DNA of 64,000 nucleotides, taken from assembly GCA_945872355.1 (NCBI GenBank), contig CAMBZU010000002.1:16455-80454 (forward strand), given 5' to 3'. The DNA is from Chitinophaga pinensis (lineage in GTDB: Bacteria; Bacteroidota; Bacteroidia; UBA4408). The position numbers and the translations under genes were made by a program. This document shows, one piece after another, positions 29,542 through 39,653 of the stretch (positions are counted from its first letter, which is position 1; every line of letters starts with the position of its first letter). Under the pieces are notes generated by a model. That model saw only the letters and a program-made list of their open reading frames with translations. It was not told the DNA's origin and ran no database searches.

Positions 29542-30529
29542 TTAATTTGTATTTATTGAGATGAAATAGTGCTAATGTGAAAGTTGTTTTATTAAAATAT
29601 CTATGTAAATGTTGTGCCGCTTTTTTGCTTAATTTTGGAGCTACTATTTCGGCTACCAAAACATCATTGGTTAAAAATGTTATCCCTTTGTAAGTGCATG
29701 TTGCAATTGGCTTTAAAGTATATTCATTTACATGTTGAAATAAATTACTATTTATTAATTCCTGAAAAGAAATTTGATTGAGCAATTGATGCATTTTATG
29801 ATTTCTAAAAACTTTTACCCATGAAAATAAAGGTAACACTGCATCCAAAGGTAAAGGATATTGTTTGATATAAGGCGCATATTTTTCTGCATCATTTTCA
29901 TTAAAAATAGAATTGTTATGCTGATGCTCAATATTGCCCATATTGTAATACATTAACATCCCTTTTTTTACTGGCGGAATGCCTGTTTCAGAAACATATT
30001 TAATTTGGTGCAAACGAATGGTAGCACTTAAAATTAGCTGGTTATTATAAATGCTTTTTAACGTAGTAAGCAGTGCAAAATATTTTTCTTTTGAACTTAA
30101 AGTCCAATCACAATCAATCTGTATTTGGTTAATTTTTTTATTTACAATAGGTCCGTAAGCATTTATAAGTTTTGAAATTGAAATGGCCAAGGTTTTTATG
30201 CTATCCTTGTTGCTTTTTAGCAAAGCATTGTTGGTGATATAAACCACAGGAATTACCTGAATATGTTGAGGTATAGCATATTTAAATTCTATTTTAGCTG
30301 CTGGTATTGCAGCATTTAATTTAGCATTCCAAAGCACATCAAAATATTTAATGTAAAGGGTATTGATGTTGTTTTGATTTAGAATTTTGAGCTCAGCTTT
30401 ATCTAATTCAAACTTTGATTTCCAATAATAAAATGCTCTGTTAACATTTGTATTTTTTGGTTTGCAACCAAAAATAATGAGCATGTTTATACCTATTAAA
30501 AACAGGCTTAATATTGATTTTTTTTTCAT
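29492..30529 (-). CDS. Uncharacterised lipoprotein; start placed at the MKKKSILSLFLIGINMLIIFGC Met (the ORF track extends to 30571).
   Basis: About 345 aa. Signal and lipobox IIFGC. No recognisable catalytic motif. Confidence 0.5.
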   Translation of the reverse strand: MKKKSILSLFLIGINMLIIFGCKPKNTNVNRAFYYWKSKFELDKAELKILNQNNINTLYIKYFDVLWNAKLNAAIPAAKIEFKYAIPQHIQVIPVVYITNNALLKSNKDSIKTLAISISKLINAYGPIVNKKINQIQIDCDWTLSSKEKYFALLTTLKSIYNNQLILSATIRLHQIKYVSETGIPPVKKGMLMYYNMGNIEHQHNNSIFNENDAEKYAPYIKQYPLPLDAVLPLFSWVKVFRNHKMHQLLNQISFQELINSNLFQHVNEYTLKPIATCTYKGITFLTNDVLVAEIVAPKLSKKAAQHLHRYFNKTTFTLALFHLNKYKLNDFTEQDIESIYTTFN

Positions 30530-30748
30530 GCTATTTAGATGTTGTAAATATAATGATGTTGTTATTACCAACTTGGCTTTTATGAATTAATTTCATTTAT
30601 ACTAGATTATGTATTCGCAATATTCAATTCAGTTTTATGTATAGTAATACCAATTGAATTTATTTAGATGGACTAAAAAATAAATATGCAATGGTTAATT
30701 CCGATACTACTTGAAATTAGTACAATAAGGTAATGACGCCATTGGACT

Positions 30749-30840
30749 AATACCGATTATACAAAACAAATAGTCTAATTTTATTGAACTATATTTTGTT
30801 ATGTCGGCTTTGGGCTATTTAATATATACAAATGGTATAA
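30749..30840 (+). mobile_element. MITE-like element, family C.
   Basis: About 85% identical to 33401-33516. Termini aataccgattata...caaatggtataa resemble the family A and B ends. Confidence 0.6.
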
Positions 30841-30929
30841 ATAGAAAGTGTAATAGGTATAACTTTTCATTATTTATCCAACCAAATTATTCGATGCATA
30901 ATTATAACTTCGCACATTAAAATAAATTT

Positions 30930-31973
30930 ATGGAGATAGGAATAGATAGTTTTGCTGCAGCAAACGTAGGGCGCAATGAAGATAGAGCAAAGAACAGTGC
31001 ACAAGCACTAGAGGAGTTGTTGCAGCGCATTATAAAAGCTGATGAAGTTGGTTTGGATATTTTTAGTTTGGGAGAGCATCATAGAGCCGAATTTTTAGAC
31101 TCGGCCACAAGTATTATTTTAGCTGCAGCTGCCAGCATAACAAAAAAAATAAAACTAAGCAGTGCGGTAACGGTTTTAAGTGCAGCAGATCCTGTAAGGG
31201 TATTTCAAAATTTTGCCACTTTAGATTTAATCTCAAAGGGTCGTGCAGAAATAGTTGTAGGTCGTGGATCATTTACAGAAGCCTTTCCATTGTTTGGTTA
31301 TAACTTAAATGATTACGATGAGCTGTTTACTGAAAAATTAGATTTATTACTTCAAATAAAAGCAAAGGAATTGATTACTTGGGAAGGTAAATTTAGAGCG
31401 CCATTGTTTGAGCAAGCCATTTACCCTAGGCCTTTTCAAGAAGATTTACCCATTTGGTTGGGTGTTGGTGGCACACCTGCTTCTTTTGCGCGTGCTGGCA
31501 CTTTGGGCATGCCTTTAATGGTTGCTATTATTGGTGGTGAAACGCATCGTTTTAGGCCTTTAATTGATTTGTATCGCGAAGCTGGAAAACGTGCAGGACA
31601 TGCGCCAGAAAAACTTAAGGTAGGTTTGCATTCCTTAGGATTTGTGGCTGAAAGTACAGAAATAGCCACTTCAATTTATTATCCTGGCTATGCTAAAACC
31701 TTTACCCGTATTGGCAAGGAGCGCGGCTGGCCGCCAGTAACACGCGAAAGGTTTGATGCTCAAAATGGGCCAACAGGCGCTTATTTAGTGGGTAATCCTA
31801 AAGAAATAGCAGAAAAGATTTTAAGACATAGCGAAGCATTAGGAGGTATTTCAAGATTTACTTTTCAAATGGATAATGCTGATTTGAGCCATGCGCAATT
31901 ACTGCATTCAATTGAGTTAATTGGTAATGAATTGGCGCCTTTGGTAAGGGCGCAATCCATATCGCTAAAATAA
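30930..31973 (+). CDS. LLM-class (luciferase-like) flavin-dependent oxidoreductase.
   Basis: 347 aa. The TIM-barrel monooxygenase N-terminus MEIGIDSFAAA...LGEHH is typical of the LLM family. Confidence 0.8.
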   Translation: MEIGIDSFAAANVGRNEDRAKNSAQALEELLQRIIKADEVGLDIFSLGEHHRAEFLDSATSIILAAAASITKKIKLSSAVTVLSAADPVRVFQNFATLDLISKGRAEIVVGRGSFTEAFPLFGYNLNDYDELFTEKLDLLLQIKAKELITWEGKFRAPLFEQAIYPRPFQEDLPIWLGVGGTPASFARAGTLGMPLMVAIIGGETHRFRPLIDLYREAGKRAGHAPEKLKVGLHSLGFVAESTEIATSIYYPGYAKTFTRIGKERGWPPVTRERFDAQNGPTGAYLVGNPKEIAEKILRHSEALGGISRFTFQMDNADLSHAQLLHSIELIGNELAPLVRAQSISLK

Positions 31974-32059
31974 ATTATTTGCGTGTATTTGTTGGCCTGT
32001 ATTTGAAGTAGGTTATATTTTTTTTAAGTAGCGTGAGCAATTGCGAATCTAAAACCCGC

Positions 32060-33262
32060 CTACTTAATTACCCCTAACTCCTTACCCACCTTTTCAAATG
32101 CCACCAAAGCTTTGTCTAAATGTTCCTTTGTATGCGCTGCCGATAGCTGTACCCTTATTCTGGCCTGACCTTTAGGCACTACAGGAAAAAAGAAGCCTAT
32201 CACATAAATACCTTCATCCAATAACTTAGCCGCAAAGGTTTGTGCTAATTTAGCATCGTACAACATTACAGGAACAATAGCAGAATCGCCATTTTTAAAC
32301 TCTAAGCCAACTTTTCTCAAGCCTTCCTTAAAGTAGTTTACATTCCACTCCAAAGTGTCGCGCAAAGTAGTGTCACTTGCTAAAATATCTAGCACCGCTA
32401 TAGAAGCACCCACAATAGCCGGTGCCAATGAATTACTAAATAAATACGGACGAGAGCGCTGACGTAACATTTCTATCACTTCTTTCTTACCAGCCGTAAA
32501 TCCACCCATAGCACCACCTAAAGCTTTGCCTAAAGTGCCAGTAACAATATCTACTTTATCCATTACATTTTTTAACTCAATGGTGCCTCTGCCTGTTTTT
32601 CCAATAAAGCCGCTGGCATGGCATTCATCAACCATCACCATAGCATCATACTTTTCTGCCAACTCACATATTTTATCCAAAGGAGCTACAAAACCATCCA
32701 TCGAAAATACACCATCAGTTACAATTAATCTGAATCTGTGTTTTTGCGCTTGCTTTAATTGCTCTTCTAAATCGGCCATATCACAATTGTTGTAGCGATA
32801 TCTTGCTGCCTTGCATAGTCTTACGCCATCAATAATAGAGGCATGGTTTAAAGCATCAGAAATAATAGCATCTTCTTCACCTAAAAGTGGTTCAAAAACT
32901 CCTCCATTGGCATCAAAACATGCTGCGTACAAAATACAATCTTCTTGTCCTACAAATTGCGCTAATTTTTGCTCTAATTCTTTATGAATAGTTTGTGTGC
33001 CACAGATAAAACGCACGCTGCTCATACCATAACCATAAGTATCTAAGGTTTTATGCGCTGCTTCAATTACTTTTGGATGAGATGATAATCCTAAATAATT
33101 ATTTGCACAAAATATCAATACTTCTTTCTCAGACCCATCGGCATGTTTAACTTTTACTGTTACGCCTTGTTCTGTATTAATCACGCGCTCGCGTTTAAAC
33201 AATCCCGATTCATCAATATTACTAAGCTCTGCCTTTATATATTCTTGAAATTTTGTGTTCAT
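32060..33262 (-). CDS. kbl: Glycine C-acetyltransferase (2-amino-3-ketobutyrate CoA ligase).
   Basis: 400 aa. DGVFSMDG and [16 protein letters not shown] match the Kbl/BioF class-II aminotransferase signature. Confidence 0.8.
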   Translation of the reverse strand: MNTKFQEYIKAELSNIDESGLFKRERVINTEQGVTVKVKHADGSEKEVLIFCANNYLGLSSHPKVIEAAHKTLDTYGYGMSSVRFICGTQTIHKELEQKLAQFVGQEDCILYAACFDANGGVFEPLLGEEDAIISDALNHASIIDGVRLCKAARYRYNNCDMADLEEQLKQAQKHRFRLIVTDGVFSMDGFVAPLDKICELAEKYDAMVMVDECHASGFIGKTGRGTIELKNVMDKVDIVTGTLGKALGGAMGGFTAGKKEVIEMLRQRSRPYLFSNSLAPAIVGASIAVLDILASDTTLRDTLEWNVNYFKEGLRKVGLEFKNGDSAIVPVMLYDAKLAQTFAAKLLDEGIYVIGFFFPVVPKGQARIRVQLSAAHTKEHLDKALVAFEKVGKELGVIK

Positions 33263-33400
33263 ATCAATTGCATTATTAATTAAGACTCCAAACCTACATT
33301 ATTTCAACAAAAATAAAAAGTAAATAAATTCAATTGACTATTATGAAATTCATAAGCATGATCAATAGCGCGCAAAAACATCATCTCAAGTTAAATAATA

Positions 33401-33516
33401 GCGATGATACAAAATAAATAGTCCAGTTTTATTGAACCTTATTTTGTTATATCGGCATTATTCATTATTAATTTATTAAATAGCTTTGGTCTATTTAATA
33501 AATACAAATGGTATAA
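33401..33516 (+). mobile_element. MITE-like element, family C (copy 2), abutting the F repeat.
   Basis: Similar to 30749-30840. It ends caaatggtataacc. Confidence 0.6.
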
Positions 33517-33518
33517 CC

Positions 33519-33620
33519 ATTCACCACCCTCGTCTTTGCGGGCTTGACCCGTAATCATACTTACAACTTCTTCATAGTTATGCATGAGCGGGAAGATGGC
33601 GGGTCTAGCCCGCCATGACG
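33519..33620 (+). repeat. 102-bp GC-rich direct repeat F (left copy) flanking the GIY-YIG gene.
   Basis: 100% identical to 34037-34138. It contains the hairpins ggcggg-tctag-cccgcc and cggg-cttga-cccg and is GC-rich in an AT-rich context. Confidence 0.85.
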
Positions 33621-33641
33621 TTAAAATAATAGATTAATGAA

Positions 33642-33938
33642 CTAATCATATACATCCGAGCTTAATGCCGTAAAATTTGGATTTACCTTTTGAATTAATT
33701 CCATTTTCCAAACTCTCTTCCAATTCTTTAACTGCTTTTCACGTGCAATTGCTTCTTCGATTGAATCATAAAATTCAAAATAAATTAAAAGAGTACAATT
33801 GTATTTTGATGTAAATGAATTAGGATAAATTTTAGCTTTGTGTTCAAGAATTCTATTTCTTAAATTTGCAGTAACACCAATGTATAAGACCCTATGATTG
33901 ATGTTTGTTAAAATGTAAACATAGCCACCTCGTTCCAT
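33642..33938 (-). CDS. GIY-YIG nuclease family protein (small stand-alone type).
   Basis: 98 aa. GYVYILTNINHRVLYIGVTANLRNRILEH...EEAIAREKQLKNWKR is the GIY-YIG motif. Confidence 0.8.
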   Translation of the reverse strand: MERGGYVYILTNINHRVLYIGVTANLRNRILEHKAKIYPNSFTSKYNCTLLIYFEFYDSIEEAIAREKQLKNWKRVWKMELIQKVNPNFTALSSDVYD

Positions 33939-34036
33939 TACTTTGTGATATTAATAAGGCTCAAAAATATCAAATTAAAATTATTTGAAAGCAAGGCTAT
34001 TGCTGAAACACAAAGAATAATAATTTAAGAATCATT

Positions 34037-34138
34037 ATTCACCACCCTCGTCTTTGCGGGCTTGACCCGTAATCATACTTACAACTTCTTCATAGTTATG
34101 CATGAGCGGGAAGATGGCGGGTCTAGCCCGCCATGACG
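34037..34138 (+). repeat. 102-bp direct repeat F (right copy).
   Basis: Identical to 33519-33620. The repeat period is 518 bp. Confidence 0.85.
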
Positions 34139-34263
34139 ATTGGAAAATGGATTTCCAAAATTCCATTTCAATATCAATAGCTACAAGCATTGCTAAATAT
34201 TATTATTCTATTAAATCAAATATTATTTTCTTTATTTTGCATAGCACACCTAAATAAATACCG

Positions 34264-35208
34264 ATGGAAGATGTAATCATCATTAACGGCAAAAAAATAT
34301 TCCCTGGCGAAAGTGCTGAGGTAAGTATGAGTAATTTATCCTTCCCTACCCGCACCATTATTGATGTTCCTGTATTTGTGTTCAGATCTTTACATCCTGG
34401 GCCTAAAGTGCTTTTTCAAGCTGGTATGCATGGTGAAGAGGTAAACGGCGTAGAGGTTGTTCGTTCTTTGCTTAAAAGAGAAGATATTCGCAACCCACGC
34501 TGCGGAAGCATTGTTTTAATTCCCATTGTTAACGTTGTTTCTTTTTTAATGAACGCCCGCGATTTGCCCGATGGTCGCGATTTAAATCGTTGCTTCCCCG
34601 GCTCTAAAAATGGCTCTATGGGAAGCCGCTTGGCTTACGATTTAATGAAAAATGTAATTTCTCAAATCGATTTTGGTGTCGACTTTCATACGGGCGGTGC
34701 TAAAATAAATAACTATCCACAAATTAGATGTGTATTTGAAGATGAACGCAACATTGAACTATCTAATGCTTTTTGTGCACCATTTGTGTTAAATGCACCC
34801 TACCGCGATAAATCTTTACGAAAAGAAGCAGCAAAAAAAGGCAAACATATTTTGGTATTTGAAGGCGGCGAAGCGCAACGTTTTAATTCCTTTAGTATCA
34901 ATGAAGGCACTAATGGCTGTTTAAGAATGTTACACAGTTTAGGAATGATTGATACGCATGTCGAAAAAAATAATTCTATTATCCTTAAAGATACCACATG
35001 GATTAGAGCTAAAAGTTCTGGCATGTTTCGAACAAGTAAAAAGTTTGGCTCCTTTGTTGAAAAAGATAGTGTAATAGGAAAAATAGTAAGCCCTTATGCC
35101 GAAAAAGAAACCTTTTTATTTACACCATCTGACGGCTTTTTAATTGGCATCAATAACCAACCTATTGTAAACGAAGGCGACGCTTTAATGAATATTGGAG
35201 TAGAATAA
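34264..35208 (+). CDS. Succinylglutamate desuccinylase/aspartoacylase (AstE/AspA) family zinc hydrolase.
   Basis: 314 aa. The zinc-binding motif GMHGEEVNG is characteristic of the AstE/AspA family. Confidence 0.7.
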   Translation: MEDVIIINGKKIFPGESAEVSMSNLSFPTRTIIDVPVFVFRSLHPGPKVLFQAGMHGEEVNGVEVVRSLLKREDIRNPRCGSIVLIPIVNVVSFLMNARDLPDGRDLNRCFPGSKNGSMGSRLAYDLMKNVISQIDFGVDFHTGGAKINNYPQIRCVFEDERNIELSNAFCAPFVLNAPYRDKSLRKEAAKKGKHILVFEGGEAQRFNSFSINEGTNGCLRMLHSLGMIDTHVEKNNSIILKDTTWIRAKSSGMFRTSKKFGSFVEKDSVIGKIVSPYAEKETFLFTPSDGFLIGINNQPIVNEGDALMNIGVE

Positions 35209-36432
35209 ATGAACCTGTTTGAACAACACCTAAAACTTTCTGATTTAGCAGCACTTATAGATCAAACTTTGTATAGCAAGTTTGGTCCTAATACTTTTTG
35301 GGTAAAAGCCGAAACAAGCGATATAAAAAACTACTTCGATAGGCAATATTGTTTTCTTACATTAGTTGAAAAAGAAGGCAATACCATTATTGCAAAAATG
35401 GATGCTGTGATATGGCGTCAACAGTACCATATCATTAAAGAATTTTCAAAAAGCACAGGTGTTTCTTTCGATAAAAATATAAGTTTATTGATGCGTGTGC
35501 AAGTGGGTTTTAATGCACAATATGGCTTACGTTTACAAGTGCTTGAATTAGATTCAGGTTTTACGCTAGGTGCTATTGAATTGCAAAGGCAAGCCACTTT
35601 GGTGCAATTGTTAGCATACAATCCCGAAAATATTGCACTCATTAATGGCGAATATGTTACTTACAACAACAAATTGCGTTTACCTAAAGTGATACAAAAA
35701 ATCGCGCTAATTACCGCTCCTGGCTCTGATGGTGAACGTGACTTTAAACATGAATTGAACAATAATGCTTTTGCCTATCATTTTGATGTTGATAGTTATC
35801 TCACCCAAATTCAAGGTAAAGATGCCGATAAAGCCATCTTAGGCCAGCTAAATTTAATACTGAGCATAGGAAAAAAATATGACCTTGTGGCTATTGTAAG
35901 AGGAGGGGGCTCGCAACTCGATTTTAGTGCTTTTGATACTTATGATTTAGGTTTAAAAATAGCTTCTTTCCCTATCCCAATTATTGCAGGCATTGGACAT
36001 GAAAGAAATGTAAGCATTGCCGATTTAATGTGTTTTTCCTCTTTAAAAACACCAACTAAGGCAGCTTCATTTATTATTGAACACAATACTATTTTTGAAC
36101 AACAAATAGATCGTTTAAAATCAAGATTAGTTTATGTGGCTGAAGGTATTATACAATCATCAAAAAACAATATTGAAAGAGCTGCCGTAGCCCTAAAAAA
36201 CGCCACTGTTATTTATTTTAAGGATAAACACAATGCACTTAATCAAAAGAGTTTAAACATAAAATTGCTTGATCCTTCTAATGTGCTGGCCCGTGGTTAT
36301 GCCATTTTGCAAAATAAAGATGGCATTATTATGCAAGCAGATAAACTTATAAAAGGGGATAATATTACTGCAATAACAAAGGATGCAGTGCTTCATTTAA
36401 CTGCGAATGAAGTGAAAAAAACAAGCCCCTAA
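35209..36432 (+). CDS. xseA: Exodeoxyribonuclease VII large subunit.
   Basis: 407 aa. IALITAPGSDGERDF, VAIVRGGGSQLDFSAFD and IPIIAGIGHERNVSIADL are XseA blocks. The start overlaps the upstream stop (TAAATG). Confidence 0.8.
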   Translation: MNLFEQHLKLSDLAALIDQTLYSKFGPNTFWVKAETSDIKNYFDRQYCFLTLVEKEGNTIIAKMDAVIWRQQYHIIKEFSKSTGVSFDKNISLLMRVQVGFNAQYGLRLQVLELDSGFTLGAIELQRQATLVQLLAYNPENIALINGEYVTYNNKLRLPKVIQKIALITAPGSDGERDFKHELNNNAFAYHFDVDSYLTQIQGKDADKAILGQLNLILSIGKKYDLVAIVRGGGSQLDFSAFDTYDLGLKIASFPIPIIAGIGHERNVSIADLMCFSSLKTPTKAASFIIEHNTIFEQQIDRLKSRLVYVAEGIIQSSKNNIERAAVALKNATVIYFKDKHNALNQKSLNIKLLDPSNVLARGYAILQNKDGIIMQADKLIKGDNITAITKDAVLHLTANEVKKTSP

Positions 36433-36472
36433 AAGTTAATTTAGAGGCTTGTTTCAAAATTTAATTATTGGT

Positions 36473-39400
36473 TTATCTAACCACTAATTTTTCAATCATT
36501 TCGCTATTGGCTGATTTTATTTTTACAAAGTAAACTCCCTTTGCTAATTTGCTAATATCTATTGTTTGTTGAGCATTAGCAACCATATTATTAAAACTTA
36601 CTGTTTGTGCTAATCTACCCGCAACATCAACAATATTAACATTTACATTACTGTTAATAGCCTTACCAGAAGTAATAGTAATTTTATCGCTTGCAGGATT
36701 AGGGAACAATTGAATGTTTTCACTATTCGTTATTTCACTCATTCCTGCTATTACTACTTCAGCTAATACTGGCACCAAAGCACTTGTACAAATTGTACTC
36801 GTTTTTTCAATTTCCCAATTGTAGAAATAGTAAAACACATTTAAACCTTGTGTTGAGTTATAGATGGAAACTAAATTATTAATCAAATAAGGATAGGTAA
36901 CTGCAGCACCTTGCATTCTTTTTAAACGTGGCCCAGGATTACCCCAAAGAATTGTGTTTTGTGCAGCATCGGTACCCAATTTATACCCTGCTCCTGCAGG
37001 AACTGAGAAGTTTAAAGTGATAACCGCAGAATCTATTGGAATATTAACCATTAAACTTTGAATAACGGTGTTAGATGCGTCTGTCAATGTAATCAAACGA
37101 TCGCCTGGAGTATCAGTATAAACTTTAACTGTTTTAAGAGTAAATGCTTCGTATGCATCAAAAAGCAAAGAGGCATTGGTTGTATTCCCACTATACATGG
37201 ATGTACCACTGTGGTGATGAGCACCTGTATATTCAATTCCTCCACCATAAGTGTAAGTATCTTGTACATAATAAGTAGCACTAGAAGTTAAATTAGGCGT
37301 ATTAAATAATGCACCAGTTCCAACTTCATTGATTCCTGCAGCATCACTATACCAGGTTAAGTTATTGCCTGAAGCTGTTAATATAACCGAACCCGAATTA
37401 GCAACTGAACCACCATTGGCAGTAGGTGCTGGAGCTGGAAAAACATTTACATCAATAGTATCAGAAATGTAAGCTTGACAAGTTCCCATTACCTCAACAT
37501 AGTAAGCTCCGCTTTGGGTAATGCTTACTGCTTGGGTATTTGCACCATTAGACCAGTTATATGAAGCTCCTGGTGAAGAAGTAAGTGTTATTGAATTTCC
37601 TTGGCAGAAAGTACTTTCACCTACAGCTAAGATTGTAGGGATTTCAATAGGATTAACTAACAAAGTTATAGATGGTGAAATACTGCTGCAACCGTTAGCA
37701 TTTGTAACAATTACCGAGTATGTATCAACTGTTGAAGTTGTGAGTGAATTAGCAGTGCTTCCATTACTCCATAGGTATGAACTAAAGCCCGCAGCTGCTG
37801 TTAATGTAGTGCTTTGACCATTGCATATAGCCTGAGGGCCGCCAATAGTATTACCTGTGATTAAGCAACCACCTTCAACTGCTGTTACAAATTGATCAGC
37901 ATCTAAATTATATAAATGTTGAATAATTCCGGAAGGCCATATAATTGTTGCAGAATCTACAGTTTGATTAATTCCTAAACCAAAATGCAAAATAGAAGAG
38001 TTGCAAGTTCCGTAGCTTTCACCTGAACGAACTTCGCGTCTTTGAATACCCCAAGGACCATAAATCACAACGTTTGCGCCAATAGCATCATTGTGTGAAA
38101 CAGTTCCTTCTAAATCGAAAGAAATAAAGTGGTTTACTGTATTTCCGTTATTTAAATACATGATATCATCAAAAGTACCTGAAGGACTGTTGTATATATC
38201 CCCTAAGCTTGCGTAGATATCAATAAAACCATCATGATTTAAATCGCCAGTTGCAAATGACATTACTCCGTTTGTTGATAACAATGAGTTAATTCTTGTA
38301 AAAGTTTTATCACCATTGTTTTTGTAATAAATATAATCGTCATCACCTGTAACTAATAAGTCAATAAAGCCATCATTGTCAAAATCTTCAAATTGTGACT
38401 CTAAAGGATAAATACCGCTTGTGCTGATGTTTGCAGTAGTTAATTCAGTATAATGGCCAGTACCATCATTTTCAAATATTTGAGAAGTATGGTCATTGTT
38501 TATTGCTGCAATATCAAAATCTCCATCATTGTCAAAATCACCAAAACTTGCAGTCCATGTTTGCCATCCATTAGCAACACCTCTTTCAGCAGCTACTTCT
38601 TTAAATTTGTAGGTACCATCATTTATAAATAATTCATCTATACGTCTTAAATCTAAAGGATCAGAGCTGCTTTGACGACATTTTGCGATATAAAAATCTA
38701 AGTCGCCATCGCTATCAAAATCGGTCCAAACCGTTCCATAATTACCTGAGTTATTGGGATCACCTGTTGTGCCCCAGGTACCTGGTTGAGTGATAAAGTT
38801 GATTACTGTATTTTGATCAACAGACCAACCACCAAAAGTGCCGCTACCAACTATTGCTGTTACATCCACAACTAATGTTGAACCAGTGTAAGAAACTACA
38901 TTACCTGTCATGTAATTATCGCTATTGTAGGTAACATAAACCGACTGACCAGGAGTAAAGCTAAGATTAGCTTGCACAGTTAAAGTTTTAGTACCAGTAC
39001 CAATAGTTAAACTTTGAAGTGCATTTGCCATTCTTCTGAAGGTCCCATTACCGTTATTGATATATAGTTTCGACCAATTAACGTCATCACATCCAAATAT
39101 ATCTGGCCAACCATCATTATTAAAATCGCCCACTGAAATATTTTGCCAAAAGAAATTACTTCCTTGCAACACAGTAATATTTGCTGAGTAGTTGTTACCA
39201 GTATGTGAAATTAACGCTATAGATCCTGTAGAGCCCATACCAGCTATTACATCTTTAATGCCGTTATTGTCTAAATCGGCAACAGTCATTCCCCATGCAT
39301 TACCTCCTGCAAAAGTGCCTAAAAAGTAGCTGGTGTAAGAACCATTAATTTGCTGTATTTCAATGTTTAGGTCATTGCTTTGGTCTAAACGAATAATATC

Positions 39401-39583
39401 GTCTAATCCATCATTGTTAACATCTGCTACTGAAACAGAGTTTCCGCTACGATAATTTACCGCATTATTTGGCAATTTAGCATTTGCGTTGGTAAAAGAT
39501 AATACCTGCGCTTGAGCGGATAAAATACCCATCATTAAAGCAGTGGTCCCAATAAGAGACTTAAGATTAATCATTGTTTTCAT
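36473..39583 (-). CDS. FG-GAP/VCBS-repeat (integrin-alpha-like beta-propeller) protein with Ig-like repeats and a T9SS C-terminal sorting domain.
   Basis: 1036 aa. Signal peptide present. At least seven D-x-[DN]-x-D-G-x-x-D calcium-binding FG-GAP motifs occur (DVNNDGLDDI, DFDSDGDLDF, DFDNDGFIDL...). The C-terminus IQLFPNPASDKITIT...GVYFVKIKSANSEMIEKLVVR is a T9SS CTD. Confidence 0.75.
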   Translation of the reverse strand: MKTMINLKSLIGTTALMMGILSAQAQVLSFTNANAKLPNNAVNYRSGNSVSVADVNNDGLDDIIRLDQSNDLNIEIQQINGSYTSYFLGTFAGGNAWGMTVADLDNNGIKDVIAGMGSTGSIALISHTGNNYSANITVLQGSNFFWQNISVGDFNNDGWPDIFGCDDVNWSKLYINNGNGTFRRMANALQSLTIGTGTKTLTVQANLSFTPGQSVYVTYNSDNYMTGNVVSYTGSTLVVDVTAIVGSGTFGGWSVDQNTVINFITQPGTWGTTGDPNNSGNYGTVWTDFDSDGDLDFYIAKCRQSSSDPLDLRRIDELFINDGTYKFKEVAAERGVANGWQTWTASFGDFDNDGDFDIAAINNDHTSQIFENDGTGHYTELTTANISTSGIYPLESQFEDFDNDGFIDLLVTGDDDYIYYKNNGDKTFTRINSLLSTNGVMSFATGDLNHDGFIDIYASLGDIYNSPSGTFDDIMYLNNGNTVNHFISFDLEGTVSHNDAIGANVVIYGPWGIQRREVRSGESYGTCNSSILHFGLGINQTVDSATIIWPSGIIQHLYNLDADQFVTAVEGGCLITGNTIGGPQAICNGQSTTLTAAAGFSSYLWSNGSTANSLTTSTVDTYSVIVTNANGCSSISPSITLLVNPIEIPTILAVGESTFCQGNSITLTSSPGASYNWSNGANTQAVSITQSGAYYVEVMGTCQAYISDTIDVNVFPAPAPTANGGSVANSGSVILTASGNNLTWYSDAAGINEVGTGALFNTPNLTSSATYYVQDTYTYGGGIEYTGAHHHSGTSMYSGNTTNASLLFDAYEAFTLKTVKVYTDTPGDRLITLTDASNTVIQSLMVNIPIDSAVITLNFSVPAGAGYKLGTDAAQNTILWGNPGPRLKRMQGAAVTYPYLINNLVSIYNSTQGLNVFYYFYNWEIEKTSTICTSALVPVLAEVVIAGMSEITNSENIQLFPNPASDKITITSGKAINSNVNVNIVDVAGRLAQTVSFNNMVANAQQTIDISKLAKGVYFVKIKSANSEMIEKLVVR

Positions 39584-39653
39584 GTAAATAATTTGAATTG
39601 TGTTAATTTAAGTGGTGAATATTAATTGAAAGAACGAAATAAAGAATTTTTTT

